64,000 nt of DNA from Actinomycetales bacterium (GTDB taxonomy: Bacteria > Actinomycetota > Actinomycetes > Actinomycetales > Angustibacteraceae). Position 1 is the stretch's first letter; every line of letters starts with the position of its first letter. Shown piece after piece: positions 16,613 to 25,147 of this stretch. The translations under genes were made by a program, and so were the position numbers. Location of the stretch: assembly GCA_035264765.1 (NCBI GenBank), contig DATFPQ010000268.1, positions 923 to 64,922 on the forward strand. Direction: 5' to 3'. A model generated the notes under the pieces. It ran no database searches and was not told the origin of the DNA. It saw nothing but the letters and a program-made list of their open reading frames with translations.

Positions 16613-17310
16613 CGCGGCGCCGCCCGCCGGGCGATCCGCGCCGCGTGCACACCCGCCCCGTAACCATTGTCGACGTTGACGACGACCACGCCGGGCGCGC
16701 AAGAGTTCAGCATCGCCATCAACGCGGCCGTGCCGCCCGCGCCGGTGCCGTATCCGGTGCTCGTCGGCACCGCGACGAGCGGCACTCCGGTCAGTCCCCC
16801 CACGACACTGGGTAGGGCACCCTCCATGCCGGCCACGACCACGAGCGCGTCGGCGTCGTCCAGTCGGTCGCGCACGGCGAGCAGCCGGTGGATGCCGGCG
16901 ACGCCGACGTCGTCGAGCCGCTCACAGGCAGCGCCGTGCACCCGCGCGGTGATGGCTGCCTCCGCGGCGACCGGGCCGTCGGACGTCCCTGCCGCGACGA
17001 CGAGCACCCGTCCGCGCGATGGCGGCAGCGGGCCGAGGACCGCGGTGCGCGCGGCGTCGTCCACGACCGCCGCCGGAAGCTCGGCGCGTACGGCGGTCCG
17101 TGCGGCGTCGTCCAGCCGGGTGGCCAGGACGGCCCGGTCGGGATGACGTCGGCTCAGCTCGGTCAGCGCGCCGACCACCTGCTCCGGCGTCTTGCCCTGC
17201 CCGTAGACCGTCTCGGGGTCGCCGGTGCGCCGGGCGCGGTCGGTGTCGAGGCGCGCGTAGCCGAGGTCGACGTAGCCGGTCTCGGCGGGCTGCGGGGTCT
17301 GGGCGGGCAC
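16609..17310 (-). CDS. larB: LarB (AIR-carboxylase-like pyridinium-3,5-biscarboxylic acid mononucleotide synthase)
   Basis: ORF track. YARLDTDRARRTGDPETVYGQGKTPEQV...VLVVAAGTSDGPVAAEAA...VVAGMEGALPSVVGGL...VVAVPTS.GYG. Confidence 0.85.
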   Translation of the reverse strand: MPAQTPQPAETGYVDLGYARLDTDRARRTGDPETVYGQGKTPEQVVGALTELSRRHPDRAVLATRLDDAARTAVRAELPAAVVDDAARTAVLGPLPPSRGRVLVVAAGTSDGPVAAEAAITARVHGAACERLDDVGVAGIHRLLAVRDRLDDADALVVVAGMEGALPSVVGGLTGVPLVAVPTSTGYGTGAGGTAALMAMLNSCAPGVVVVNVDNGYGAGVHAARIARRAAPR

Positions 17311-17476
17311 GGGGGGAGGCTACCCGTGCCGCCGGACGCCGACCGGAGGCCGTGGTCACCGGGCGCGATCCCGGCACTCCCGACGTCCGGCGTGCCGGGA
17401 TCGGGTCCGCTCACGCGGTGGCCCGCCGACGGGACGCTGACCGGAGGGGCCTCGGGCGCGGCGTAGGCTCCCGAGC

Positions 17477-18430
17477 GTGCCAGACGTCGACTCCGCTGCG
17501 GGCTTCGGCTTTCTGGGGCCGTCCGGCACCTTCGCCGAGGCCGCCCTGCGGCAGGCGCTGTCGGCCCTGGGCCGGCCCGACGTCACCACGGTGCCCCAGC
17601 CGAGCGTGGACGCCGCGCTGGCCGCGGTCCGCGCGGGGGAGATCGAGGCCGCCGTCGTGCCGATCGAGAACTCGGTCGAGGGCGGCGTCCCGGCGACCCT
17701 CGACGCGCTCGCGAGCGGCTCGCCGCTGCGGGTGCTGCGCGAGGAGCTCGTCCCGGTGACGTTCGTCCTGTGCGCAGGGCAGGGCACCGCCCTCGCCGAC
17801 GTCCGCCGGATCGGCTCGCACCCGCACGCCTGGGCGCAGTGCCGAGGCTCGATGGCGGCCATCGCACCCGGAGCCGGCTACGTCCCGGCACTGTCGACCG
17901 CGGCCGCCGCGGAGTCGATCGCCGCCGGCTCCGCGCCCTTCGACGCGGCGCTGTGCTCGCCGCTCGCGGCCGAGTCCTTCGGGCTGGAGGTGCTGGCGAG
18001 CGGCGTCGAGGACGTCCGAGGGGCGATGACGCGGTTCGTCCTGGTGTCACGTCCCGGTCCGGTGCCGTCCCCGAGCGGGTCGGACAAGACGAGCGTCGTG
18101 GTGTTCCAGGGCGACGACCACCCCGGCGGGCTGCTGGAGCTGCTCGAGCAGTTCGCGACCCGCGGCATCAACCTCACCCGGATCGAGTCGCGGCCGACGG
18201 GTGACGCACTCGGTCGGTACTGCTTCTCGATCGACTGCGAGGGACACATCGGCGAGGCGCGGGTGGGGGAGGCGCTGATGGGACTGCACCGCACGTGCAC
18301 CCAGGTGCGCTTCCTCGGCTCCTACCCTCGCGCGGACGGCGCGGCGGTCAAGGTCGCGGCCGGGACGACGGACGCCGCCTTCGCCCGGGCCGGGTTGTGG
18401 CTGGACGCCCTGCGCCAAGGCGAGGACTGA
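17477..18430 (+). CDS. pheA: Prephenate dehydratase (PDT plus ACT domains)
   Basis: ORF track. FLGPSGTFAEAA...VVPIENSVEGGV...TRFVLV...TSVVVF...DHPGGLLELLEQFATRGINLTRIESRP. Confidence 0.9.
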   Translation: MPDVDSAAGFGFLGPSGTFAEAALRQALSALGRPDVTTVPQPSVDAALAAVRAGEIEAAVVPIENSVEGGVPATLDALASGSPLRVLREELVPVTFVLCAGQGTALADVRRIGSHPHAWAQCRGSMAAIAPGAGYVPALSTAAAAESIAAGSAPFDAALCSPLAAESFGLEVLASGVEDVRGAMTRFVLVSRPGPVPSPSGSDKTSVVVFQGDDHPGGLLELLEQFATRGINLTRIESRPTGDALGRYCFSIDCEGHIGEARVGEALMGLHRTCTQVRFLGSYPRADGAAVKVAAGTTDAAFARAGLWLDALRQGED

Positions 18431-18464
18431 CCGCAGGCCCTCAAAGCGTGTCCTCCAGGCCTCA

Positions 18465-18695
18465 TCAGTCCAGTTCCAGCGTCGTCCGGGATGCGCGGCT
18501 GCTGAGAGCGTCCAGGTCGTCGGCGTAGTCGTCGCCGAAACGGTCTAGGTCCGCGATGGCACGCCGCCGGCGTAGCTCACGGCGCAGCGCCCGCATGACG
18601 ATGTCATCCCGGCTGGGAGCCTCCCCACTGCGAACCAAGCGGTCCAACAACTCCACCAGGTCGTCCGGGAGCCGAACGGCGATCTGCGTGGTCAT
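18465..18695 (-). CDS. Ribbon-helix-helix (CopG/antitoxin-like) protein
   Basis: ATG at 18695 in ORF 18465..18722. MTTQIAVRLPDDLVELLDRLVRSGEAPSRDDIVMRALRREL is a typical RHH beta-alpha-alpha pattern, followed by an acidic tail. Confidence 0.6.
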   Translation of the reverse strand: MTTQIAVRLPDDLVELLDRLVRSGEAPSRDDIVMRALRRELRRRRAIADLDRFGDDYADDLDALSSRASRTTLELD

Positions 18696-18725
18696 CCGAC
18701 AATGGTGGCACTTTGGAGGCACCAG

Positions 18726-19658
18726 TCAGGACGCCGGCATCTGGACCTGCAGCGCGCCAGGGTCGACCCGCACCCGCATGGCCCGCACCAGACCGACCGT
18801 GTCGCCGTCCAGCTGCGCCTGCTGCGGCCGGTCGGTGTGCACCTCGATCTGCCGGCACCGGAAGTGCTCCACCCGGGCGTGACCGCCCTTGGTGAGTACC
18901 CGCGCCGCCACGACCGCCCAACCCAGGACTCCCTTGGGTGACATCGCCACCGCATTCAGCCAGCCGTCGTCCACCTCGGCCTCGGGCATCAGCACGATGC
19001 CGCCGGTGAGCGTCCCGCTGTTGCCGACCAGCACGGTCCGCACCCGGCGCCGGAACGACGGGTTCTCGTCCACGGTCACTCGCACGCGGACGTCCGGACC
19101 CCGCAGGTTCCGCAGCCCGGACAGCGCGTACGCCAGCCAGCCCACCTTGGCCTTCAGCCGCTCGGGGGCACCCTCCATCATCGCGGCGTCGAAGCCCAGC
19201 CCGGCCATGACGAGGAAGACCCGCTCCAGCGGACGCTCGTCCTCGCCGGACACGTCGAAGCCCACCCGGCCGACGTCCACCCGCCTGACCGTGCCCGTGA
19301 GCGCGACCCGCAGCGCCGCGCCGAGGTCGTCGATCGGCAGGCCCAGGGTGCGCGCCAGGAGGTTGCCGGTGCCGCCGGGGAGCAGACCGACGGGGACGCC
19401 GGACCCCACCATCACCTCGGCCACCTGCCGAACTGTGCCGTCACCGCCCAGCGGGCACACCAGGTCGACGCCGGCCGCCAGCGCCTGCACCGTCTGGCCG
19501 TGCCCCGTGTCCTCGGGCGTCGTCTCCAGCCACAGCGGCTCGTCCCAGCCGTGGTCCAGGCAGGCCTTGGTGACCTGCCGGCGAACGTTGGCGGTGCTGG
19601 TGAACTTGGTGGGGTTGACGATGACGGCGGCGCGTCGCGTGCGGTCGTCGGCGGGCAC
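18726..19658 (-). CDS. Diacylglycerol kinase catalytic-domain family lipid kinase
   Basis: GTG at 19658 lies 6 nt after GAGGAG. AAVIVNPTK...VCPLGGDGTVRQV...GLLPGGTGNLLAR. The N-terminal 165 codons of ORF 18726..20153 are Arg/Ser-rich antisense of serS and were rejected. Confidence 0.8.
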   Translation of the reverse strand: MPADDRTRRAAVIVNPTKFTSTANVRRQVTKACLDHGWDEPLWLETTPEDTGHGQTVQALAAGVDLVCPLGGDGTVRQVAEVMVGSGVPVGLLPGGTGNLLARTLGLPIDDLGAALRVALTGTVRRVDVGRVGFDVSGEDERPLERVFLVMAGLGFDAAMMEGAPERLKAKVGWLAYALSGLRNLRGPDVRVRVTVDENPSFRRRVRTVLVGNSGTLTGGIVLMPEAEVDDGWLNAVAMSPKGVLGWAVVAARVLTKGGHARVEHFRCRQIEVHTDRPQQAQLDGDTVGLVRAMRVRVDPGALQVQMPAS

Positions 19659-19842
19659 GGACAGCTCCTCGGGGGCGGGACGACGGCGGCGCACGGTCCG
19701 GCCAAGGTATCGCGCCGGGCACGATCCTGGACCCACCAGCACGCGGCCGGCGCGACGGACCGGCGCGACCGACCGGTGCGGCCGGGCAGCGGTCCGGCCC
19801 AGTGGGCCGTGCCCCCTCCAGGCCCGCCGATAGGCTCGTGCC

Positions 19843-21123
19843 GTGATCGACCTACGCGTCCTGCGCGACGACCCCGAGGCCGCCCGGGCGAGCCAGCGCG
19901 CCCGCGGCGAGGACCCCGACCTGGTCGACGCCGTCCTGGCGGCCGATGAGCGCCGCCGCGCCTCCCTCACCGACTTCGAGCGCGTGCGGGCAGAGCAGAA
20001 GGCGTACGGCAAGAAGGTGGCGTCCGCCTCGAAGGAGGAGAAGCCGGCGCTGATCGCGCACGCCCGGACGCTTAGCGAGCGGGTCAAGGCCCTGGAGACC
20101 CAGGCCGAGGAGGGCGCCGCCGAGCTGGACGCCCTGCTGCGCCGCCTGCCCAACGTCGTAGAGCCCGGCGTCCCGCCCGGCGGCGAGGACGACTACGAGG
20201 TGCTGCACACCGTCGGGACGCCACGCGACTTCGCCGCGGAGGGCTTCGAGCCGCGCGACCACGTCGACCTGGGCGAGCTCCTCGACGCGATCGACGTCGG
20301 CCGCGGCGCCAAGGTCGGCGGCTCCCGGTTCTACTTCCTCAAGGGCGCCGGCGCGCGGCTCGAGCTGGGGCTGCTGACCTTTGCGCTCCAGCGGGCGCTG
20401 GCCGCCGGGTTCACCCCGATGGTCGTCCCGACGCTGGTCAAGCCGGACGTGATGGCGGGCGCCGGGTTCCTCGACGCTCACGCCGGCGAGGTGTACCGGC
20501 TCGCGGACGACGAGCTGTTCCTCACCGGGACGTCCGAGGTCGCGCTCGCGGGCTACCACGCCGACGAGGTCCTGGACCTGTCCGCGGGGCCGGTCCGCTA
20601 CGCCGGCTGGTCGACCTGCTTCCGACGCGAGGCCGGGTCGTACGGCAAGGACACTCGCGGCATCATCCGTGTGCACCAGTTCCAGAAGGTCGAGCTGTTC
20701 TCGTACTGCCGCGTCGAGGACGCCGCCGCGGAGCACCAGCGGCTGCTCGCCTTCGAGCGCGAGGTGCTGGACGCCATCGAGGTGCCGTACCGGGTGATCG
20801 ACGTCGCTGCCGGCGACCTCGGCGGGCCCGCAGCGCGCAAGTTCGACTGCGAGGCCTGGGTGCCGACGCAGGGCCGCTACCGGGAGCTGACCTCGACGTC
20901 GAACTGCACGACCTATCAGGCCCGGCGGCTGGGCGTCCGTGAGCGGGACCCCAACCACGACGGCCAGAACCGGCACGTCGCGACGCTGAACGGGACGGCC
21001 GCGACGACCCGATGGCTGGTCGCGATCCTGGAGAACCACCAGCAGCCGGACGGTTCGGTGGTCGTCCCGGAGGCGTTGCGGCCGTTTGTCGGCCTGGACG
21101 TCCTCGAGCCGGTCCGCCGATGA
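19843..21123 (+). CDS. serS: Seryl-tRNA synthetase
   Basis: ORF track. [12 protein letters not shown], an N-terminal coiled-coil arm, and class II motifs ([51 protein letters not shown]). Confidence 0.95.
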   Translation: MIDLRVLRDDPEAARASQRARGEDPDLVDAVLAADERRRASLTDFERVRAEQKAYGKKVASASKEEKPALIAHARTLSERVKALETQAEEGAAELDALLRRLPNVVEPGVPPGGEDDYEVLHTVGTPRDFAAEGFEPRDHVDLGELLDAIDVGRGAKVGGSRFYFLKGAGARLELGLLTFALQRALAAGFTPMVVPTLVKPDVMAGAGFLDAHAGEVYRLADDELFLTGTSEVALAGYHADEVLDLSAGPVRYAGWSTCFRREAGSYGKDTRGIIRVHQFQKVELFSYCRVEDAAAEHQRLLAFEREVLDAIEVPYRVIDVAAGDLGGPAARKFDCEAWVPTQGRYRELTSTSNCTTYQARRLGVRERDPNHDGQNRHVATLNGTAATTRWLVAILENHQQPDGSVVVPEALRPFVGLDVLEPVRR

Positions 21124-21935
21124 CCTCGACGCCCCGCTCGACGCCCCTGGTCGCCCTCGACGTCGACGGCACCGTGGTCGACCACGACGGCCGGCTCAGC
21201 GACCGGGTGCGGGCCGCGGTGCAGGCGGTGGAGGCCAGCGGACGTCACGTCGTGCTCTCGACCGGGCGGTCGCTGGTGGCGACGCTGCCGATCCTGGACG
21301 AGCTCAGCCTGACGTCGGGGTTCGCGGTCACCAGCAACGGCGCGGTCACCGTCCGGCTCGACCCCAGCCTGGACGACGGGTACGAGGTCGTCGACCTGGT
21401 GACCTTCGACCCCAGCCCGGCGCTGCGGCTGCTGCGCGAGCACCTGCCGAACGCGATCTACGCGGTCGAGGAGCTGGGCATGGGGTTTCGGCTGACCGGG
21501 CCGTTCCCGGACGGCGAGCTGATCGGTCGGCTGCAGATCGTGCCGTTCGACCAGCTGGTCGACGGTCCGGTCACCCGCGTGGTGGTGCGCAGTCCCGAGC
21601 ACACGCCGGAGGACTTTCTGCAGCTCGTCGAGCGGCTGGGCCTGTCCGGCGGCAGCTACGTCGTCGGCTGGACCGCATGGCTGGACATCGCGCCCGAGGA
21701 CGTCAGCAAGGCGCACGGCCTGGACGTCGTCGCCAAGGCGCTCAGCCTCAGCCGCGGGGACGCCATGGCGGTGGGCGACGGTCGCAACGACCTGGAGATG
21801 TTCGCCTGGGCCGGCCGGTCGGTCGCCATGGGCCAGGCGCCGCCGGAGGTACAGGCCGCGGCTGACGAGGTGTGCGCCGACGTCTATGCGGACGGGCTCG
21901 CGGACGTCCTGGAGCGGCTGGTGCGGTCGCGGTGA
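21120..21935 (+). CDS. Cof-type HAD-IIB phosphatase
   Basis: The ATG overlaps the serS stop (ATGA). [13 protein letters not shown]...LSTGRS...[13 protein letters not shown]. Confidence 0.85.
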   Translation: MTSTPRSTPLVALDVDGTVVDHDGRLSDRVRAAVQAVEASGRHVVLSTGRSLVATLPILDELSLTSGFAVTSNGAVTVRLDPSLDDGYEVVDLVTFDPSPALRLLREHLPNAIYAVEELGMGFRLTGPFPDGELIGRLQIVPFDQLVDGPVTRVVVRSPEHTPEDFLQLVERLGLSGGSYVVGWTAWLDIAPEDVSKAHGLDVVAKALSLSRGDAMAVGDGRNDLEMFAWAGRSVAMGQAPPEVQAAADEVCADVYADGLADVLERLVRSR

Positions 21936-22777
21936 CCGACGACCTGACCACCTGGGGCCGACGGGCCTGGGCGGCGCTGGAGGCCGTGCACGTCGTGCCG
22001 ACGTTCTCGCACGAGACCCGCGCGGCGCTCGGCGCGCTCGGTCTGCATCCCGGGCTGGGCTACTTCGCGGCCCGCTCGGCCGCCATGGGTCCCGTACCGC
22101 CCGAGGTGACGACCGCCACGTTCTACGTGTTCGCTCCGCGCCTGGTGTCGCGGGCGCTCACCGACGTCTGGTCCACGGTCTCGCCGGAGCAGGTGGTCCA
22201 GGCGCGGTACGCGTCGGCGTCCGCCACGCTCCACCGGCTGCTGGGGCCCGTGGCCGTGCCGGACGACGTCGCCGAGGCGGTCCGGCTGGCCCGGACGGCG
22301 TGTGAGGGGCTGACGCTCGCCGGCCGGCCGCTGCTCGCCGGCTGGGCCTCTCTCCCCTGGCCGGATGAGCCGATGAGCCAGCTCTGGCACGCGGGCACGC
22401 TGCTGCGCGAGCACCGGGGCGACGGTCACGTGGCGGCGCTGCTGCACGCGCCGCTCGATCCGGTGGAGGCGCTGCTGACGGCCGGGCTCGCGGGCACCGG
22501 ACTGCCGTTCTCCCGGGCCACCCGCGGCTGGAGCGACGAGGACTGGAGCGCCGCGGAGGCCAGGCTGCGCGAGCGCGGGCTGGTCGACGACGAGGGGCTC
22601 ACGGCCTCCGGCCGCAAGCTGCGCACCGACGTCGAGGCGCGCACGGACGCGGCTGCGCTCGAGGGGTGGGAGCACCTCGGGCTCGAGGGCACCCGCCGGC
22701 TCGCCCAGCTCGCCCGGCCGTGGCAGCAGCTGGTGCTGGCGTCCGGCGAGCTGCCGCACACGCTGTTCGAGCGCTGA
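21932..22777 (+). CDS. Conserved actinobacterial hypothetical protein
   Basis: The GTG overlaps the HAD stop (GTGA). In frame within ORF 21872..22777. GC3-rich. No family confidently recognised. Confidence 0.55.
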   Translation: MTDDLTTWGRRAWAALEAVHVVPTFSHETRAALGALGLHPGLGYFAARSAAMGPVPPEVTTATFYVFAPRLVSRALTDVWSTVSPEQVVQARYASASATLHRLLGPVAVPDDVAEAVRLARTACEGLTLAGRPLLAGWASLPWPDEPMSQLWHAGTLLREHRGDGHVAALLHAPLDPVEALLTAGLAGTGLPFSRATRGWSDEDWSAAEARLRERGLVDDEGLTASGRKLRTDVEARTDAAALEGWEHLGLEGTRRLAQLARPWQQLVLASGELPHTLFER

Positions 22778-22801
22778 CCGGCAGCTGCCGACGACTGTTG
22801 C

Positions 22802-23602
22802 TCAGCGGACGTCGAGCGAGCGGACGACGGCCGCGACCAGACCGCTGAACGGCACCGTGTGCGTGAAGGGGTTGTTGTGCGAGCCCGGTAGCCGCACGAT
22901 CCGGGCGGACGGGGCCTGGACGGCCGCTGCGGCCAGCGTGGCGAGCCAGGACGGCGGTGCGAAGGCGTCGGCGCGGCCGGCCGTGAGAACGACCGGCAGT
23001 CGCAGCTGTCGCATCGTCTCCTCCGGCGCGTCCCTGGTGCCGGACAGGAGCATTCGCGCCAGCTGCGGCGCCCACTGCACGACGTACTTGAGCGCGAACA
23101 GCTGCTTCGGGGAGTCGCGCCGATAGGCGGCCGGTGCCACGGCCACCAGGCGCAGCGGGTTCCGCTGCCGTGGCGCCACGGTGGGGCCGGCCAGCACCAC
23201 CGCGCCGACGGGGCCGTCCTCGCCGAGCCTGACGGCGGCCGCCAGAGCCGCCTGAGCCCCGGTGGAGTGGCCGACAAGGACGACCGGCCGCGGCGCGGTG
23301 GCGCAGCGGTCCTGCAGCCACGCGGCGGCTGACTCGGCGACCTCGCCGACGGACGGATCGCACGCGCGCGGGCCAGGGCCACCGAAGCCGGGCAGATCCA
23401 GGATGGTGCTGGTGAGGCCGCGGTCGGCGAGGGCCCGCACGAGCGGGACGAGGTAGGTCGGTAGACCGAGCCCCGGCAGCAACACGACGTCGGGCGACGT
23501 CACGTCGTCCCCGGTCGTGGTCAGCACCTGGATGGGGCGGCCGTCGACGACGTCCACATCGCCGTGCACCGGAACCGGTGCGCCCTGTTGGGTGGTCGTC
23601 AC
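22802..23602 (-). CDS. Alpha/beta hydrolase
   Basis: ORF 22802..23779. VVLLPGLGLP...ILDLPGFG...VLVGHSTGAQAA (nucleophile elbow GHSTG). Start uncertain: GTG at 23602 or 23620. Confidence 0.75.
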   Translation of the reverse strand: MTTTQQGAPVPVHGDVDVVDGRPIQVLTTTGDDVTSPDVVLLPGLGLPTYLVPLVRALADRGLTSTILDLPGFGGPGPRACDPSVGEVAESAAAWLQDRCATAPRPVVLVGHSTGAQAALAAAVRLGEDGPVGAVVLAGPTVAPRQRNPLRLVAVAPAAYRRDSPKQLFALKYVVQWAPQLARMLLSGTRDAPEETMRQLRLPVVLTAGRADAFAPPSWLATLAAAAVQAPSARIVRLPGSHNNPFTHTVPFSGLVAAVVRSLDVR

Positions 23603-23704
23603 GTCCCCATCGTGGGGCACGTCAGCAGATCCGGCCCGGGGTCCGCCGCCGTCGTGCCGTTGCGACGACGTGCGGGCCGTTGTGGCCGTGGCGAGACTGG
23701 CGGG

Positions 23705-24652
23705 GTGCAGACCTTCCTCCCGTACGCCGACTTCGAGCGGAGCGCGGCCGTGCTCGACGGCCCGCGGCTGGGCAAGCAACGGGTCGAGACGCTGCAGATC
23801 CTCCGCTCGATCGAGCTACCGGAGTACGGCTGGGCGAACCACCCCGTCGTGCGGATGTGGCGCGGCTTCACCCCGGCCCTGGTGGTCTACGGCCTGGCCT
23901 GCGTCGACGAGTGGCGCCGGCGTGGGCACGCGGACTCGACCCGGCCGATGATCGAGGAGTTCGCGCCCGGCGCCGACCGCGGGTCGCTGGAGCGCCTGGG
24001 GCAGCTGCCGCCGTGGCTGGGCGACGACCGGCTGCACCGGTCGCACCAGGCCGCGCTCGTGCGCAAGGATCCCGCCTTCTACCGTCCGGTGTTCGGGGAC
24101 GTCGACGAGTCGATGGAGTACTGGTGGCCGGGCGGTCCGGACGCGCAGCCGCGGCCGCCCGAGGGGAGTCCGCTCTGGGTGGTCCGCCCGTTGACCGCGG
24201 CGGCTCACGACGCCCTGCTGCTCGAGGGGCTCGTGGGGCTCGGTGCGGAGTCCGGCATCGACGTCGACGCCTCCGGGCTGCGGGGCGACGGCCTGCGGGA
24301 GCTGCTTGCCGAGCGTGCCCCGGGGCGGCGTCCCGGCAAGGACCTGCGCCAGCTGCACACGCTGCTGCACGAGGTCGGCGCGGGGCACGCGGTCGGGTTG
24401 CTCCACCCGGAGCGCGGCGACCTCACCGTCGGCGTGGTGTCCGGCGACTACGCCTTCGGCCCCACGGGGAGTGCCGAGGTGCCGCATCATCGCCGCCCGG
24501 TGCGCTGGACCGGTCGCCTCCCGCGTTCGGCGGTGCTGCGTCCGGCCACCTTGCAGGACCCGCGGCGGCTGTTCCGCGTCGGTGTGAGTCCGAAGCGGCT
24601 GCAGCGGGCGCTCGTGCACGACCTGGTGGAGGCACAGCCGGTCGCGCGGTGA
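23705..24652 (+). CDS. Conserved actinobacterial protein (MSMEG_6728-like; N-terminal region resembles pyrimidine-dimer-glycosylase-fold proteins)
   Basis: GTG at 23705 in ORF 23564..24652. VQTFLPYADFERSAAVLDGPRLGKQRVETLQILRSIELPEYGWANHPVVRMWRG. The family name is recalled from memory only. Confidence 0.5.
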   Translation: MQTFLPYADFERSAAVLDGPRLGKQRVETLQILRSIELPEYGWANHPVVRMWRGFTPALVVYGLACVDEWRRRGHADSTRPMIEEFAPGADRGSLERLGQLPPWLGDDRLHRSHQAALVRKDPAFYRPVFGDVDESMEYWWPGGPDAQPRPPEGSPLWVVRPLTAAAHDALLLEGLVGLGAESGIDVDASGLRGDGLRELLAERAPGRRPGKDLRQLHTLLHEVGAGHAVGLLHPERGDLTVGVVSGDYAFGPTGSAEVPHHRRPVRWTGRLPRSAVLRPATLQDPRRLFRVGVSPKRLQRALVHDLVEAQPVAR

Positions 24653-24655
24653 CGC

Positions 24656-25048
24656 TCAGCCCTCCCCCTCCTGCGCCGGGGAGAACAGCTCCACGGGGTT
24701 ACCGGACGGATCCTCGACGATGACCTGCCGACCGCCCACGCCTTGGATAACCTCGCTGCGGAAACGGACGCCCGCTGCGCGCATGCCCGCAACGGTGCCG
24801 TCGAGGTCACCAACGTCCACCATGAACCGGTTCCATCCACCGGGTTGTGGTCTGGTTCCGTCGGCCATCGCCTGCGCACCTCCGCCCTTGCCCCTCGGAG
24901 CGCTGAGGACGAGCCGGAGGTCCCCGCGCTGAAGCATCGCGAAGGTCGGAGCGGGGTGCGCCTGCTCGCTGAAGCCGAGGTGCTGGCAGTAGAACGAGAT
25001 CGCCTCGTCGACGTCCTCGACGATGTAACGAACACTGACCGTGGCCAT
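24656..25048 (-). CDS. VOC/glyoxalase family protein
   Basis: ATG at 25048 is preceded by AGGAGA. VRYIVEDVDEAISFYCQHLGF...NRFMVDVGDLD...GGRQVIVEDPSGNPVELF. Confidence 0.8.
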   Translation of the reverse strand: MATVSVRYIVEDVDEAISFYCQHLGFSEQAHPAPTFAMLQRGDLRLVLSAPRGKGGGAQAMADGTRPQPGGWNRFMVDVGDLDGTVAGMRAAGVRFRSEVIQGVGGRQVIVEDPSGNPVELFSPAQEGEG

Positions 25049-25147
25049 GCCGGGTCTCCTCTCGCGCCACACGTGCGCTGTCGCGACTAGCCTGCCGGGT
25101 GACGCCGCGGGCTCGCCCGTCGCATTCCTGCCGAAGGAGGAAGCTCG

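Noticed and set aside
14099-16667. 854-aa plus-strand and 837-aa minus-strand ORFs spanning the lipoprotein, GDT1 and larC genes
   Set aside because: They are off-frame or antisense shadows. The real genes in this interval have clear family motifs in another frame, and these long ORFs are Arg/Pro/Gly-rich low-complexity sequence.
19659-19842. Possible T-box or other leader upstream of serS
   Set aside because: It is only 184 nt and shared with the divergent kinase promoter. I could not find the conserved T-box sequence (GGUGGNACCGCG-like) or a specifier-loop arrangement.
18726-20153. 475-aa version of the lipid kinase
   Set aside because: The N-terminal 165 codons are Arg/Ser-rich and antisense to serS. 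A GTG with a good SD at 19658 gives a normal-length DAGK-family protein.
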